Shown here: positions 1-9,430 of the stretch, piece after piece | How the letters are laid out: the number at the start of each line of letters is the position of its first letter | Numbering within the stretch: the stretch's first letter is position 1 | Origin: Deltaproteobacteria bacterium | GTDB lineage: Bacteria > Desulfobacterota > DSM-4660 > Desulfatiglandales > HGW-15 | DNA: 52,039 nucleotides | Assembly (NCBI GenBank): GCA_016932115.1 | Contig: JAFGDM010000152.1 | Coordinates: 1 to 52,039 of the forward strand | Direction: 5' to 3' | Position numbers and translations under genes: made by a program | The notes under the pieces: model-generated | The model's input: the letters and a program-made list of their open reading frames with translations, nothing else | Database searches by the model: none | Told to the model about the DNA's origin: nothing

Positions 1-187
1 CCTGTCAAGTAATTTTTTGGTTCCAGTGATATCAAGGGATTAGAAAGGCTGCCTCCTCATCCTTCTTCCCCAAGTTGCTTTAAGAACCTATGTCCTTCTT
101 ATTTAGCGTTGGTAACAGTTACGGCAACAGATAACTTCTGAAGCAATCCCGATTGGACTTTGCGCCCTTTTGTGATATGGTTTATAC

Positions 188-604
188 ATGATACGCTTCA
201 AAAGGATACCGGAAGACATCCATAAACGGCTCGATCTCTTAGCCGATCTTTTCATGGAAGACCCTAATATTATCTTCGTTTACCTTTTTGGGGGCATGGC
301 GAAAGACAAAAGAAGACCCTTGAGTGATGTCGATCTGGGGATATACATAAGGGATGTAAAGAGATTAGACTTTCTTTCGGTATTCAGTGAAATTTCACGA
401 ATTCTCGGGACCGATGAGATCGACTTGGTAGTCCTGAATTCCGCGCCCATTAGCCTTGCTGGAAGGATTTTGCGGAAAAGAAAAACCTTGATTGATAAAG
501 ATCCTTTTCTGAGACACCAATATGAATCTCGAATACTGAGAGAATTTTTTGATTTTGCCATAAAAGAAAGAGAAATCCTGCATAGGAGGTACGGCATTGG
601 TTGA
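188..604 (+). CDS. mntA: MntA-type minimal nucleotidyltransferase (antitoxin of a HepT/MntA pair)
   Basis: 138-aa ORF starting at ATG 188. It carries the nucleotidyltransferase motif LFGGMAKDKRRPLSDVDLGIY (G-G/S-x9-11-D-x-D). It overlaps the downstream DUF86 ORF by 8 nt. Confidence 0.8.
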   Translation: MIRFKRIPEDIHKRLDLLADLFMEDPNIIFVYLFGGMAKDKRRPLSDVDLGIYIRDVKRLDFLSVFSEISRILGTDEIDLVVLNSAPISLAGRILRKRKTLIDKDPFLRHQYESRILREFFDFAIKEREILHRRYGIG

Positions 605-1031
605 TAAGCTCTTGATAGGGAGGAAGATTGCTCAGATAGATACCTATCTTAAACAGATTGGGGATTTCTCCGAAATTTCTCTGAATCAATACAAAGTCAA
701 TTGGAAAACTCAGCGGATCGTTGAGAGGACATTACATATTCTTATCGAGGCTTGTGTCGACATTGCGAATCACATTATTTCTGATCAGGACATTAGGCTA
801 CCAACTGGGTATGCCGATACTTTTAAGGTTTTGATGGAAAACAAGGTGATTGGTAAGAATTTATGCGGAACATTAGAAAAAATGGCGAGATTCAGAAATG
901 TCGTTGTTCATCAATACGAAACCATCGATCCCACGATTGTTGTCTCAATTCTTCACCGAAATTTGGGGGACTTTCAAAACTATAAGAAAGCGATCATCAA
1001 ATACCTATCTTCCCAAAAGAACGGAAAATAG
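597..1031 (+). CDS. hepT: HepT (DUF86/HEPN) toxin
   Basis: 144-aa ORF with the HEPN R-x4-H-x-Y motif in RFRNVVVHQYETID. It is translationally coupled to the upstream nucleotidyltransferase. Confidence 0.8.
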   Translation: MVDKLLIGRKIAQIDTYLKQIGDFSEISLNQYKVNWKTQRIVERTLHILIEACVDIANHIISDQDIRLPTGYADTFKVLMENKVIGKNLCGTLEKMARFRNVVVHQYETIDPTIVVSILHRNLGDFQNYKKAIIKYLSSQKNGK

Positions 1032-1193
1032 CCTGCCTGATCTGCTTATCGTCTTACGCCAAAAATGCGCACGAGGAAGCGTATCGAATCTCCCTTGCTT
1101 AGTTTGTACTGAAGTGGCGATTCTGCTTACACAGATTCTTAAATCAACCCGTCAGACTTCTTCGAAAGCGTGATATTACTTACTCAAGTCACG

Positions 1194-3068
1194 TTAGCGA
1201 GCAAGTGGAATCACGGGCAGAAGCACATGGGATTTCCCAAAGTGAATGTGATGGGTAACCGTGCGCATGAACGGCAAGTGGTACACTCCCCAGGTTCCCA
1301 GTCTAGAGAGGAGGTCATCTTGGTTTCTGATAATCAGTTCTATCGAATGACCTTTAAGGAAAACGTTCGATGTTGGCATCATGGCAATAGCGTACTCGAC
1401 AACTTCCCCTGCAGGGACAGGAACAGGATCCTGGCGCGGATGTATGGGTTGATAGGGCAAAGACTTTGTGGTGTCAAGCGCCCTGTGCGCCGCTTTGAGG
1501 TAACCTGCACTCACTAATTGCCTTTTCCCATCCGGATCGACATCCACTAGATCAACCATCCAGTTGGTATCATCTATGTCAATGGAAGCTTCAAGGTAAA
1601 GGGCGAGAGGGCCTGTCACCTCCATATCAGCTCCCAATGGCCCTGTACTATACACCAGGCAGTAGACGGTGGGGTCGAGATAAGGGGCCGGCTGAGTGAA
1701 GGAGTCCGGCGCAGCAAAGGTCGGTGCGTCTATCCCTAGACCTTTTCCAGGCTGGAGGTAGAACTTAGTCCATTGAGTCCGGGCAAGTGGCCATTCGTTC
1801 TCGAAGCGCCACTTATTGATACCCATAACGAACATCTTTATCGGCGGCTCATCCATAATACCGGTGTCAATCCCCTTAAGCCAATAGTCGTACCAGCTCA
1901 CGAGTTCGTCGTGGTACTCCACATAAGGCCTATCAGGAAAGTTAGGCGGGTAAAGAATTAACTTGTTGTTCTTTCTAGAGGTCCCTGTTTTCTCCCATAC
2001 GTCGAAGGTGGCAAAGATATAGAACCTCGTAATCCAGGGTGCACCCTGATAGATGGGAAGGGTTATCTTGTTGATGCCCTCAGGATGCAAATCCGCGTCA
2101 ATAAAATTGTCGAACTCAGCTTTGGGATGAAAGGACGACAGAAGGTTATCGAAGAAAAGCGGGAACTTCCTCGGATATCTTAGATAGGAGTACCATTTGC
2201 TGTTGTATCTGATGTCAGGGTGATTCAATGCATCCTCAAGCCGTCGCTTGATGTCGGGGTGGTTGAGAAACATGGGCGGCAATGGCGTGAAATCGTAGTT
2301 TGGGGCGGGAAAAGCGCTGTCATTTCCGTGCCTGCCCATGAAGATATGGTACACAAGCAGATCGTAAATACCCTTAAAATAGTCTCCAGAGCCTGCGCAG
2401 TTTTCATCTGGATGAAGGGCTACTAGGTGTGGAGGCTTCATGATACCCGCATGGATTTGATTAACCGAATAAGATGAAGGTCCCATCATGCCGACCTTCC
2501 CATTACACCAAGGCTGAACTGCAATCCATTCGACCATGTCATAGATGTCCCACATCCCAACTGAGCCGAAGCCCTCAGAATTTCCTATCCCTCGTGGATC
2601 GGGAATGATATGGGCATACCCCCTGGGAACTGTGAAATTGTAATTCATGGCCTCCATGTTCCCATCCCAAAAGGGGCTGTGATAGTACTTCTGCGGCTTG
2701 TCGGCCAGCCATCCTATTGCCTCCTGTGCATCCTTGCCCCACATACCAAAGGCGAGAAGGGCAGGGAACTTTTCCCCTTCGACATCCGGGCGGTATACGT
2801 CAGTCGCAAGCCGAACCCCATCACGCATGGCGACCATGATGTCCTTTTCAATGCGCACATTGTAAACAGGTTTTGATCCCTCATTCTTCACCAATTGAGG
2901 ATACCCGTCAAAAAGGCTACCCTCTACTTCAGCCCCATAAGGGATGCGCACAGGGATAGGCCTGTAATCTTTAATGTTGTATCTAATGGAATCCCCTAAA
3001 TAGACACTCTGCTTCTCTGTGATATGCACCGTGCCATTTTTATCTTTGATCCTATTGTCGTCCTTCAT
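1194..3068 (-). CDS. CocE/NonD family alpha/beta hydrolase (S15 X-Pro dipeptidyl-peptidase-like esterase/amidase)
   Basis: The N-terminal part (GVRLATDVYRPD...FPALLAF, PDPRGIGNSEGFG, NGKVGMMGPSSYS nucleophile elbow) matches the cocaine-esterase family. The preferred start is ATG 3068, preceded by GAGGAGG. The ORF track extends to a TTG at 3104. Confidence 0.8.
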   Translation of the reverse strand: MKDDNRIKDKNGTVHITEKQSVYLGDSIRYNIKDYRPIPVRIPYGAEVEGSLFDGYPQLVKNEGSKPVYNVRIEKDIMVAMRDGVRLATDVYRPDVEGEKFPALLAFGMWGKDAQEAIGWLADKPQKYYHSPFWDGNMEAMNYNFTVPRGYAHIIPDPRGIGNSEGFGSVGMWDIYDMVEWIAVQPWCNGKVGMMGPSSYSVNQIHAGIMKPPHLVALHPDENCAGSGDYFKGIYDLLVYHIFMGRHGNDSAFPAPNYDFTPLPPMFLNHPDIKRRLEDALNHPDIRYNSKWYSYLRYPRKFPLFFDNLLSSFHPKAEFDNFIDADLHPEGINKITLPIYQGAPWITRFYIFATFDVWEKTGTSRKNNKLILYPPNFPDRPYVEYHDELVSWYDYWLKGIDTGIMDEPPIKMFVMGINKWRFENEWPLARTQWTKFYLQPGKGLGIDAPTFAAPDSFTQPAPYLDPTVYCLVYSTGPLGADMEVTGPLALYLEASIDIDDTNWMVDLVDVDPDGKRQLVSAGYLKAAHRALDTTKSLPYQPIHPRQDPVPVPAGEVVEYAIAMMPTSNVFLKGHSIELIIRNQDDLLSRLGTWGVYHLPFMRTVTHHIHFGKSHVLLPVIPLAR

Positions 3069-3178
3069 ATGACCTCCTCTCGATTTTGCCCTAAAGCAAT
3101 ACAATATCCGCCTAGGTTCGCTTGCATTTCTAAAAATGCTCCCTTAGCGATTTCTAAATTTTTACATGTTTGTTGCGA

Positions 3179-4423
3179 CTAGGCTGGTTGAGCCTTAGAG
3201 ACCAATCTTGGAGCAGTTTCTCGCACAAAAAAACCGCACAAACCACTTACTATGAGGAAAACGGGCCCCATATAAACCGTTGCTGTTAACCCAAGGCTAT
3301 CCGCAATGCTGCCACCCACTATTGGCAGAATGCCCCCACCGATAAGTTCCCCCACACCGATAGCGGCACCTATTGCCGTTGCCGCTAACGCAAATCCGAC
3401 TGTTTCAGCAGCGACCGAGATGAGTATAGGAGAGGATCCACTGGAGAAAAACGCTGCTGCAAATATGAAAGCGAAAAGGACAGGCATGCCGGTGCCTGGG
3501 CTAAGGGACGCAAAGATGAGACCAGGAATGCCTCCGACCACCTGGCACAGGATAAGCGTCTTCCTGCGGCCGATACGATCGGAGATCATGCCGACAATAG
3601 GAGCACCCAAAAAGACGCCGACACCAAAACCAGACATCACCAACCCGATGGAAGTCATTGGCATATGGTGCACTTTTTCCAGATAGAGTACGCCGAAGGA
3701 CGTAAAAATATAAAGCCAGGCCATGTTAAAAATCCATGTTATCATCATGAGGACTATGTTACGCGATTTGAACACGTCCCAATAGCCAATTTCGTTTCCT
3801 TGATCATCCAATCGTCTTTGCTTCTGCAATCCCCGGCTTCGAGCATCGATGGCTGCCCGCGTAGAGGCCGGCTCCTTCATCACGAACCATATCAGGATGG
3901 CCAACACAAGGGCCGGGAGAGCATACACATAGAAGACAAGTCTCCATCCGTAGTGCACCATCAATTGGGTGCTAAGCACGGGCCCGATGGCGCCGCCAAA
4001 AAGCACAAAGAAACCAGCCAGTAAACCCGCGTTCCGAGCACGGCTTTCAGGAGGTGACTCTTCAGTGACGGTAGCCGCGGCAGGACCATAGATTCCTCCC
4101 TCGGCAAATCCCATGATAGCCCGAATAGCTAATAAGAAAGCGAAACTTCCGGCAATACCCGTAATCCAGCTGCAGAGCCCGCCGACTATCAGGAGACCGA
4201 CTATAACAGGTCGCCTTCCAATGTAATCGGAAAGACTACCCATAGCCCATGTACCTATTGCCCATGCTAACCCAAAAATAGCGATGATTGTGCCGCACTG
4301 GGAGTAGTTTAATCCAAAATCTTTTTGCACGCCAGGGAGTACGAAGCCCATCACCATGCGCTCTAGTCCTACAACTCCCCACATGAGCACCAACAATATA
4401 AGGATTTTGTGGAAGTATTTCAT
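3179..4423 (-). CDS. MFS transporter
   Basis: About 12 hydrophobic segments and the MFS loop motif DYIGRRP / SDRIGRRK. The preferred start is ATG 4423 (MKYFHK); the track extends to 4450. Confidence 0.8.
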   Translation of the reverse strand: MKYFHKILILLVLMWGVVGLERMVMGFVLPGVQKDFGLNYSQCGTIIAIFGLAWAIGTWAMGSLSDYIGRRPVIVGLLIVGGLCSWITGIAGSFAFLLAIRAIMGFAEGGIYGPAAATVTEESPPESRARNAGLLAGFFVLFGGAIGPVLSTQLMVHYGWRLVFYVYALPALVLAILIWFVMKEPASTRAAIDARSRGLQKQRRLDDQGNEIGYWDVFKSRNIVLMMITWIFNMAWLYIFTSFGVLYLEKVHHMPMTSIGLVMSGFGVGVFLGAPIVGMISDRIGRRKTLILCQVVGGIPGLIFASLSPGTGMPVLFAFIFAAAFFSSGSSPILISVAAETVGFALAATAIGAAIGVGELIGGGILPIVGGSIADSLGLTATVYMGPVFLIVSGLCGFFVRETAPRLVSKAQPA

Positions 4424-4482
4424 AAGACACCCCCCGTTTTTTGGTTGCATAAAAAGGACAGCATTCTCTTCTGTTTTAAAAA

Positions 4483-4498
4483 AGCACCAAATTTACCA
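4483..4498 (-). promoter_or_regulatory. Weak sigma-54-like -24/-12 element upstream of the MFS gene
   Basis: The minus strand reads TGGTAA-ATTTG-GTGCT. The GG-N10-GC spacing is correct, but only about 8 of 11 consensus positions match TGGCAC-N5-TTGCW. Confidence 0.25.
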
Positions 4499-4649
4499 AT
4501 GCCCTATATAGTTGACTCCCGGAGAAACCATACTGAAATGCACATTTGACACTTCGCCACATATAATCAGTTTGTGCTTAGTTCAAATCACTCGGCATGT
4601 TCGCGCTTTTATATCTCAAATCCCTTCTTTTTGAACTCTCAACACGGCT

Positions 4650-5447
4650 TCATACCACTCTATCCTGTCGCAGCCTGAGTATTAGCTTCCCGACTTTCTC
4701 TTCGGCTGATTGTCCATCGATAAAAAAGCAGTTTCTCGCCATTAGAGGAGGAGGTGTTATGGCCCGAATTGCTCTTTTCCTCAGCAGTGCCGGGTCGACA
4801 CCAAGATCTCCACGTCTCCAGACAGTCACCTGTTTTTTCCGGGCCTCCTGTATAGCCTTGAGGGTCGGCAGCCTGAGATCTCCTGCCTCGCTGCTTACCG
4901 TGACTAATGCAGGGAGGTGCGTTTCCATCACTTCGTAGCCATTGCGCCGTAACCTCTGCACGATAATTGAGCCATCCTCCATATCCACTTTCTGAACGAG
5001 GCTTATGCCCGGTATTTTCAGTATTCCCGCAATGAGGAGGCCCACCTGTCCAGAATCCCAGTCCGCCGACTGCCGTCCTGTAACAATCAGATCGAAGGAT
5101 TTAATCTTTCTTATTCCCCCCGAAAGAACCTCCGCAGTCCCAAAGCTGGTAAGGTCTTTGAATACAGGATCTTCAAGAATAATCAACTCGTCAGCCCCCA
5201 CACTGAGTGCCTTTTTCAGAATGGGACTAGTGGCCTTTTCGGACATATTGAGAGCGATCACCTTCCCGCCCCAATGATCCTTTATTTGCAATGCCAGCTC
5301 AAGGGCGTTCTCATCATAGGGATTGATGACCGGGGGGATCCCTACCGCAACCACCCTCTTGATGTCACTTTGTATTTCGTAAGAAGAGCGGTGCCCTTCT
5401 GGATCCGGAATATCCTTTATGCACACAATAATTGTAGGTGGATTCAT
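4650..5447 (-). CDS. etfB: Electron transfer flavoprotein beta subunit (copy 1)
   Basis: 265 aa with a typical EtfB N-terminus (IIVCIKDIPDPEG). It contains GRQSADWDSGQVG. There is a 4-nt overlap with the upstream etfA. Confidence 0.85.
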   Translation of the reverse strand: MNPPTIIVCIKDIPDPEGHRSSYEIQSDIKRVVAVGIPPVINPYDENALELALQIKDHWGGKVIALNMSEKATSPILKKALSVGADELIILEDPVFKDLTSFGTAEVLSGGIRKIKSFDLIVTGRQSADWDSGQVGLLIAGILKIPGISLVQKVDMEDGSIIVQRLRRNGYEVMETHLPALVTVSSEAGDLRLPTLKAIQEARKKQVTVWRRGDLGVDPALLRKRAIRAITPPPLMARNCFFIDGQSAEEKVGKLILRLRQDRVV

Positions 5448-6457
5448 TGCAATTCCATCAGTTGCTTTATCAAAGCAGGTATAATATCTTCATACCGTCC
5501 GACAACCCCATAATCAGAGGCTCCAAAGATAGATGCATCAGGATCCTTGTTTATCGCTAAAATTTTTTTTGCACCCGCTATTCCTGCCATATGCTGTGCA
5601 GCGCCTGATATGGCGACCGCAATATAAAGTTGGGGGTTTACTATCTCTCCTGTCTGACCGACTTGGTGCGAATGCGACACTAGTCCCTCATCCACAAGCG
5701 CTCTGCTTGCTCCCAATTCAACCTTGCTAAAATACTTTTTCAAGACTTCCACAAGCTTTTGGAGTTCTCCTATCCCCTCAGCGGTCTTTACACCTCTGCC
5801 ACCGGCAACAATGGCATCCGCCTGGGTAAGGCTTACCACATGCCCTTCGGGAACAATCTCAAGCGATTTCGAAAGCGCATCGGTTTCGGAAACCTTATGC
5901 CAAAAGGGTATAATTTGACCTGCGGAGACGCCTTTTTCCAAGGACTCCGTAGACTTAGGCCTCAGGGTCACGATCTGCGGCTCTGTGTCAAGCTGAAATA
6001 TTGCATATGCGTTGCCGCCATAGATTGGCTTCGTGCACAAAAGACACCCTGTTTCTGAGTCCCTCTCTATCTTAACGCAATCCGTGATAAGGTCGTTCTT
6101 CATCTTGCATGCCAGTTTCGGGGCCACTTCCCGGTTCTCATAGTTGTGTCCCATTAGCACTGTGCGAGGACCGAGCTCCCGGCACAAGCCTTCGAGGGCT
6201 GATGCAGAGAGATCCGCATGAAATTCCGAGAGAAGCACGTCGTCAATGACGTAAACCTCGTCGGCATAGTAGCTGATTGTATCGGGAAGCTTGCGTACTT
6301 TATAACCTAGGATACAAGCGCACACAAGCTCGCCTCCCCCCACTGAGAGCTCTGTTGCTGATCTTAATAACTCAAAAGTAATGGAATCAGTTTGCCCATC
6401 TGGCTTTTGTTGTACAACGACGAATATTCGCTTTCTTCCCTTTGTCACGACCCTCAT
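5444..6457 (-). CDS. etfA: Electron transfer flavoprotein alpha subunit (copy 1)
   Basis: C-terminal FAD-binding region GGRGV...SRALVDEG...QVGQTG...PQLYIAVAISGAAQHMAG. The preferred start is ATG 6457 (337 aa). The TTG at 6526 would add an atypical 23-aa extension. Confidence 0.85.
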   Translation of the reverse strand: MRVVTKGRKRIFVVVQQKPDGQTDSITFELLRSATELSVGGGELVCACILGYKVRKLPDTISYYADEVYVIDDVLLSEFHADLSASALEGLCRELGPRTVLMGHNYENREVAPKLACKMKNDLITDCVKIERDSETGCLLCTKPIYGGNAYAIFQLDTEPQIVTLRPKSTESLEKGVSAGQIIPFWHKVSETDALSKSLEIVPEGHVVSLTQADAIVAGGRGVKTAEGIGELQKLVEVLKKYFSKVELGASRALVDEGLVSHSHQVGQTGEIVNPQLYIAVAISGAAQHMAGIAGAKKILAINKDPDASIFGASDYGVVGRYEDIIPALIKQLMELQ

Positions 6458-6526
6458 AGCCTCTATTTTTATTTTACCCCCGCAAGTCCATGCGCCCGTT
6501 CGCCGGACTTGCGGAGCATTGCCCAA

Positions 6527-8113
6527 TTATGGAAATACCGGCGGTACGTAGGCTGACCAGTCACCTAAATTATTCGGATCTAATGCGTCCTTTATTTTCG
6601 TCAGCCACACATCGTAATTATCATAGAGAGGGCCCCAATTTTGAACGACGTGGCTCACAGGCTCAATCTGGAGACCTCCGCCAAGACAGGGAACCCCAAA
6701 TTTGCCGAATTTTCCCTTAGGATCGAACGTCTCGGCTGTCCATTCTCTTACGCCCTGAAGGGAGTTATCATCGTAAGGGTCGAACATAAATATACTCTCT
6801 ATGTGTGAACCAACGGAATAATTCTCATAGGGAAGGTGGAATGGGGATGCCCCGGGTTGCATGATTGCACCTTTATGTACGTAAGGCATTATTCCTTCCA
6901 GCATTGCCGTGTTCTGGTGTTTAATCATGTCCTCGGTAGCATCAGTGCATGGTGTTATAAAAAATTCACCGCAGGGCCGGAAAGTTTCTCTGACCGTGCC
7001 GATGCTCCAGAGCATGACAGCAGATCTAAGAGCGAGATACATAGGGTCATTCAATTGTGGTAAAAAGTGGCCGCGCCATTTATCAACTATTTTGCGCAGA
7101 CACTTCTCCCGATATTCCATCTCTCTCGCACTGTTCGCACCAATTACCACTAACAGGGATTGTGCAAGGCGCTGCATCTCCGCCGGATCCATTTTCTGAA
7201 ACATCTCCCAGAACTCGTCATTACCCTCACACATCTCACCCCCTATCAACATCCAGACGGAAAACCCTATCGCTGCCTGCCCGACTTCGCGTAATGCGTC
7301 ATAGGCGTCATCCCTGGTATCGAATGTAGCGCCAAATGCCTTAAAACCATCAGGGACCTTGTCAAGCCGTTTCAACGCAGGCGGTGAGCCTTTCAGTTCC
7401 CATTCTGGAGGTCCATACCAGTGATAGAGTTTGGCACTGCATTTTGTGATAACGCCATGTCCTCCGTTTGCTCCTGAATGGCCTCTTAGAATCCCTCTCA
7501 AACTGAACCCCGGCCCGTCAGCAGAATACCAATCGTTACACGCCTCAGCGGATCCCATCCTCAATATTTCCCCTGTTGGAAGGACCCATTCACAGCCGAG
7601 AACATTACGACCAAGGCCACCAGCGTAGACCTGGGTAGTACCCGATCCGAAGTGGCAACAGTGACTTGCGATTACGCCGGCCTCCGGACCAGCTGAGATC
7701 GTGCCTATGTAAAGGCCATGTTTTGCGAGCTCCATCTCGAGCCGATACACGGAAACATAAGGTTCCACTAACGCATGCATGTTCTTCACATCGATGTCCA
7801 GGATTCTGTCCATCCTTTTGAGATCAAGAATGATGGCATTCTCGCTAGCCAGTGCTGTAGACATAATCTCAAATCCTGAGGAGAAGGGTTTGAAGGAGAT
7901 CCTGTATCTGTTGCACGCTCGCACAATAGCCTGGACCTCCCCGGTGCTCCCCGGCATAACTATGGCAGCCGGTCGCGTAGACCATTTCTCATCAAAGACC
8001 AGCTTATTGCCCCATACCTGATTGTAGGTCTCCCTTACTGCCAAGTCTTGGGATATATTTTCTGGACCTACGATATCCTCTAATGCCCCGTAAGCGTCCT
8101 TTGTCAAATCCAT
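6527..8113 (-). CDS. FAD-binding PCMH-type (FAD_binding_4) oxidoreductase with a long atypical cap/C-terminal region
   Basis: RPAAIVMPGSTGEVQAIVRACNRY and IILDLKRMDRILDIDVKNMHALVEPYV are typical of GlcD/VAO-PCMH flavoproteins. ATG 8113 is preceded by GAGGAGGT. The C-terminus (DPNNLGDWSAYVPPVFP) lacks the usual NPG ending. Confidence 0.75.
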   Translation of the reverse strand: MDLTKDAYGALEDIVGPENISQDLAVRETYNQVWGNKLVFDEKWSTRPAAIVMPGSTGEVQAIVRACNRYRISFKPFSSGFEIMSTALASENAIILDLKRMDRILDIDVKNMHALVEPYVSVYRLEMELAKHGLYIGTISAGPEAGVIASHCCHFGSGTTQVYAGGLGRNVLGCEWVLPTGEILRMGSAEACNDWYSADGPGFSLRGILRGHSGANGGHGVITKCSAKLYHWYGPPEWELKGSPPALKRLDKVPDGFKAFGATFDTRDDAYDALREVGQAAIGFSVWMLIGGEMCEGNDEFWEMFQKMDPAEMQRLAQSLLVVIGANSAREMEYREKCLRKIVDKWRGHFLPQLNDPMYLALRSAVMLWSIGTVRETFRPCGEFFITPCTDATEDMIKHQNTAMLEGIMPYVHKGAIMQPGASPFHLPYENYSVGSHIESIFMFDPYDDNSLQGVREWTAETFDPKGKFGKFGVPCLGGGLQIEPVSHVVQNWGPLYDNYDVWLTKIKDALDPNNLGDWSAYVPPVFP

Positions 8114-8139
8114 TTTTACCTCCTCAATTTTTTTGCTCA

Positions 8140-9414
8140 CTACACTGCTTGACTTACAAGTTCCACAATGTCGTAGACATCCATTTTACGCCCGGTTTCC
8201 TTCACCGTATCAATGAAATTCCTGGTGCACCAAGGACATGCGCTTACGATTGCCTTGGCTCCCACCGCCTCTGCTTCTTTCAGCCTCTCTGCGCCGGTCC
8301 AGATGGCAAAATCAGGGTATGCCTCTTTAACTCCGCCACCGGCACCACAGCACCAAGCAGATTCTCTTATTCGGTACATCTCGATAAGTCTCAAGCCTGG
8401 GATACTCCTTAAGATTTCCCTGGGGATATCATAAACACCATTGGCGCCACGCCGGTATTTCTTCGGCGGATCGTGAATGATCATTTGGCCGAGGACCTTT
8501 ACCTCCTTGCCCTTCCAATGTACCCATGGTTCTGCAAGGCGGCCGAGATGGCATGGATCATGATAGGTAATGGTCAAGGGGACCTTTTGCGTGAACTTGA
8601 TGGTTCCTTCCCTGATCAGCCGATGGATGTACTCGGTAATATGGAGCACTTCAATATCGAGCTTTTGGCCTACCTTGTCATAGAGCACCTTGAAGGTCTG
8701 ATACCCGTCAGAGCAGGGGGTAACAAGCGTTGTTACGCCTGCTGCCTTGAAGACTTCCCTGTTATGCTCCGCGAACTTAATGAGTTCACCCAGGTATCCC
8801 ATCTCGTATGCGCGTCCCCCGCAACAAGCTTCATCTCGTCCCATGATACCTACATCTACGCCTGCTTTCATGAGCAGGGAAAGACCGGCTCTGGCCGTGG
8901 GCCACAACTCTTCGTCAAAAGAATATCGGCAACCGACATGGTAGAGAACCTTGGCTTTTTCCCTGGTAAGGTCCTTTACCGGTATACCTTCTGCCCATTT
9001 CCCTCGATCTGCCTTCTTGGCCTGCATCATGTTGTCTTCTTTTTTAAGACCCTCTATAACGAGCATGTGGGAAGGGTTGCCCTGACCATCCTGAACGCAT
9101 CTAATCCTCAATTCCTGCATATTCTGGAGAGGTTCTATCTCCTGAACCGCTTTACACGAGACGTCGCAACTACCATCCATTTGGCACCTGAAGACCGCAT
9201 CTGAGAAGCCCTCTGTATAGTCTATCCTGCCCTTCATAAGAGACAGGGCAAGATTGAACTTTCCACCTGCAGCATAGGCATGAAAATTGTATCTTGATGC
9301 CGATGGGCATCCTTGCATGAAATCCGGGTGACGCATACTCTCCCAGGGTATCCATTTGCAGAAGGAGCACCTCGTGCATCTTAAGGAATCGTGTTCGTAT
9401 TCTTCTATCGCCAT
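8140..9414 (-). CDS. Fe-S oxidoreductase with 4Fe-4S dicluster and two CCG domains (GlcF / HdrD-like)
   Basis: Cys clusters CTRCSFC...C and CQMDGSCDVSC. CCG-type motifs: HVGCRY...ACCGG and HDPCHLGR...WCCGAGGG. ATG 9414 is preceded by AAGGAGGG. No obvious transmembrane segment. Confidence 0.8.
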   Translation of the reverse strand: MAIEEYEHDSLRCTRCSFCKWIPWESMRHPDFMQGCPSASRYNFHAYAAGGKFNLALSLMKGRIDYTEGFSDAVFRCQMDGSCDVSCKAVQEIEPLQNMQELRIRCVQDGQGNPSHMLVIEGLKKEDNMMQAKKADRGKWAEGIPVKDLTREKAKVLYHVGCRYSFDEELWPTARAGLSLLMKAGVDVGIMGRDEACCGGRAYEMGYLGELIKFAEHNREVFKAAGVTTLVTPCSDGYQTFKVLYDKVGQKLDIEVLHITEYIHRLIREGTIKFTQKVPLTITYHDPCHLGRLAEPWVHWKGKEVKVLGQMIIHDPPKKYRRGANGVYDIPREILRSIPGLRLIEMYRIRESAWCCGAGGGVKEAYPDFAIWTGAERLKEAEAVGAKAIVSACPWCTRNFIDTVKETGRKMDVYDIVELVSQAV

Positions 9415-9430
9415 CGCGGTCCCTCCTTTC

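Noticed and set aside
898-1517. ORFs 898-1173 and 1170-1517 on the + strand, between hepT and the hydrolase.
   Set aside because: They overlap hepT or run antisense to the CocE/NonD gene. They have no SD and no recognisable domains.
5444-6526. N-terminal extensions suggested by the ORF track for several genes. Examples are etfA to 6526, livG to 26742, rpmA to 46753, AOR to 22255, OFOR alpha to 16935 and the HMGL-like gene to 48394.
   Set aside because: In each case an internal ATG with a strong SD gives the family-typical N-terminus and removes long overlaps with the upstream gene. The extensions mostly begin at TTG/GTG codons without an SD.
8473-9204. A 243-aa + strand ORF inside the CCG Fe-S gene. 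Similar antisense ORFs occur at 31857-32543, 39594-40199, 44496-45224 and 45967-46500.
   Set aside because: All are embedded antisense in genes with clear homology-type signatures, and none has an SD or recognisable domains.
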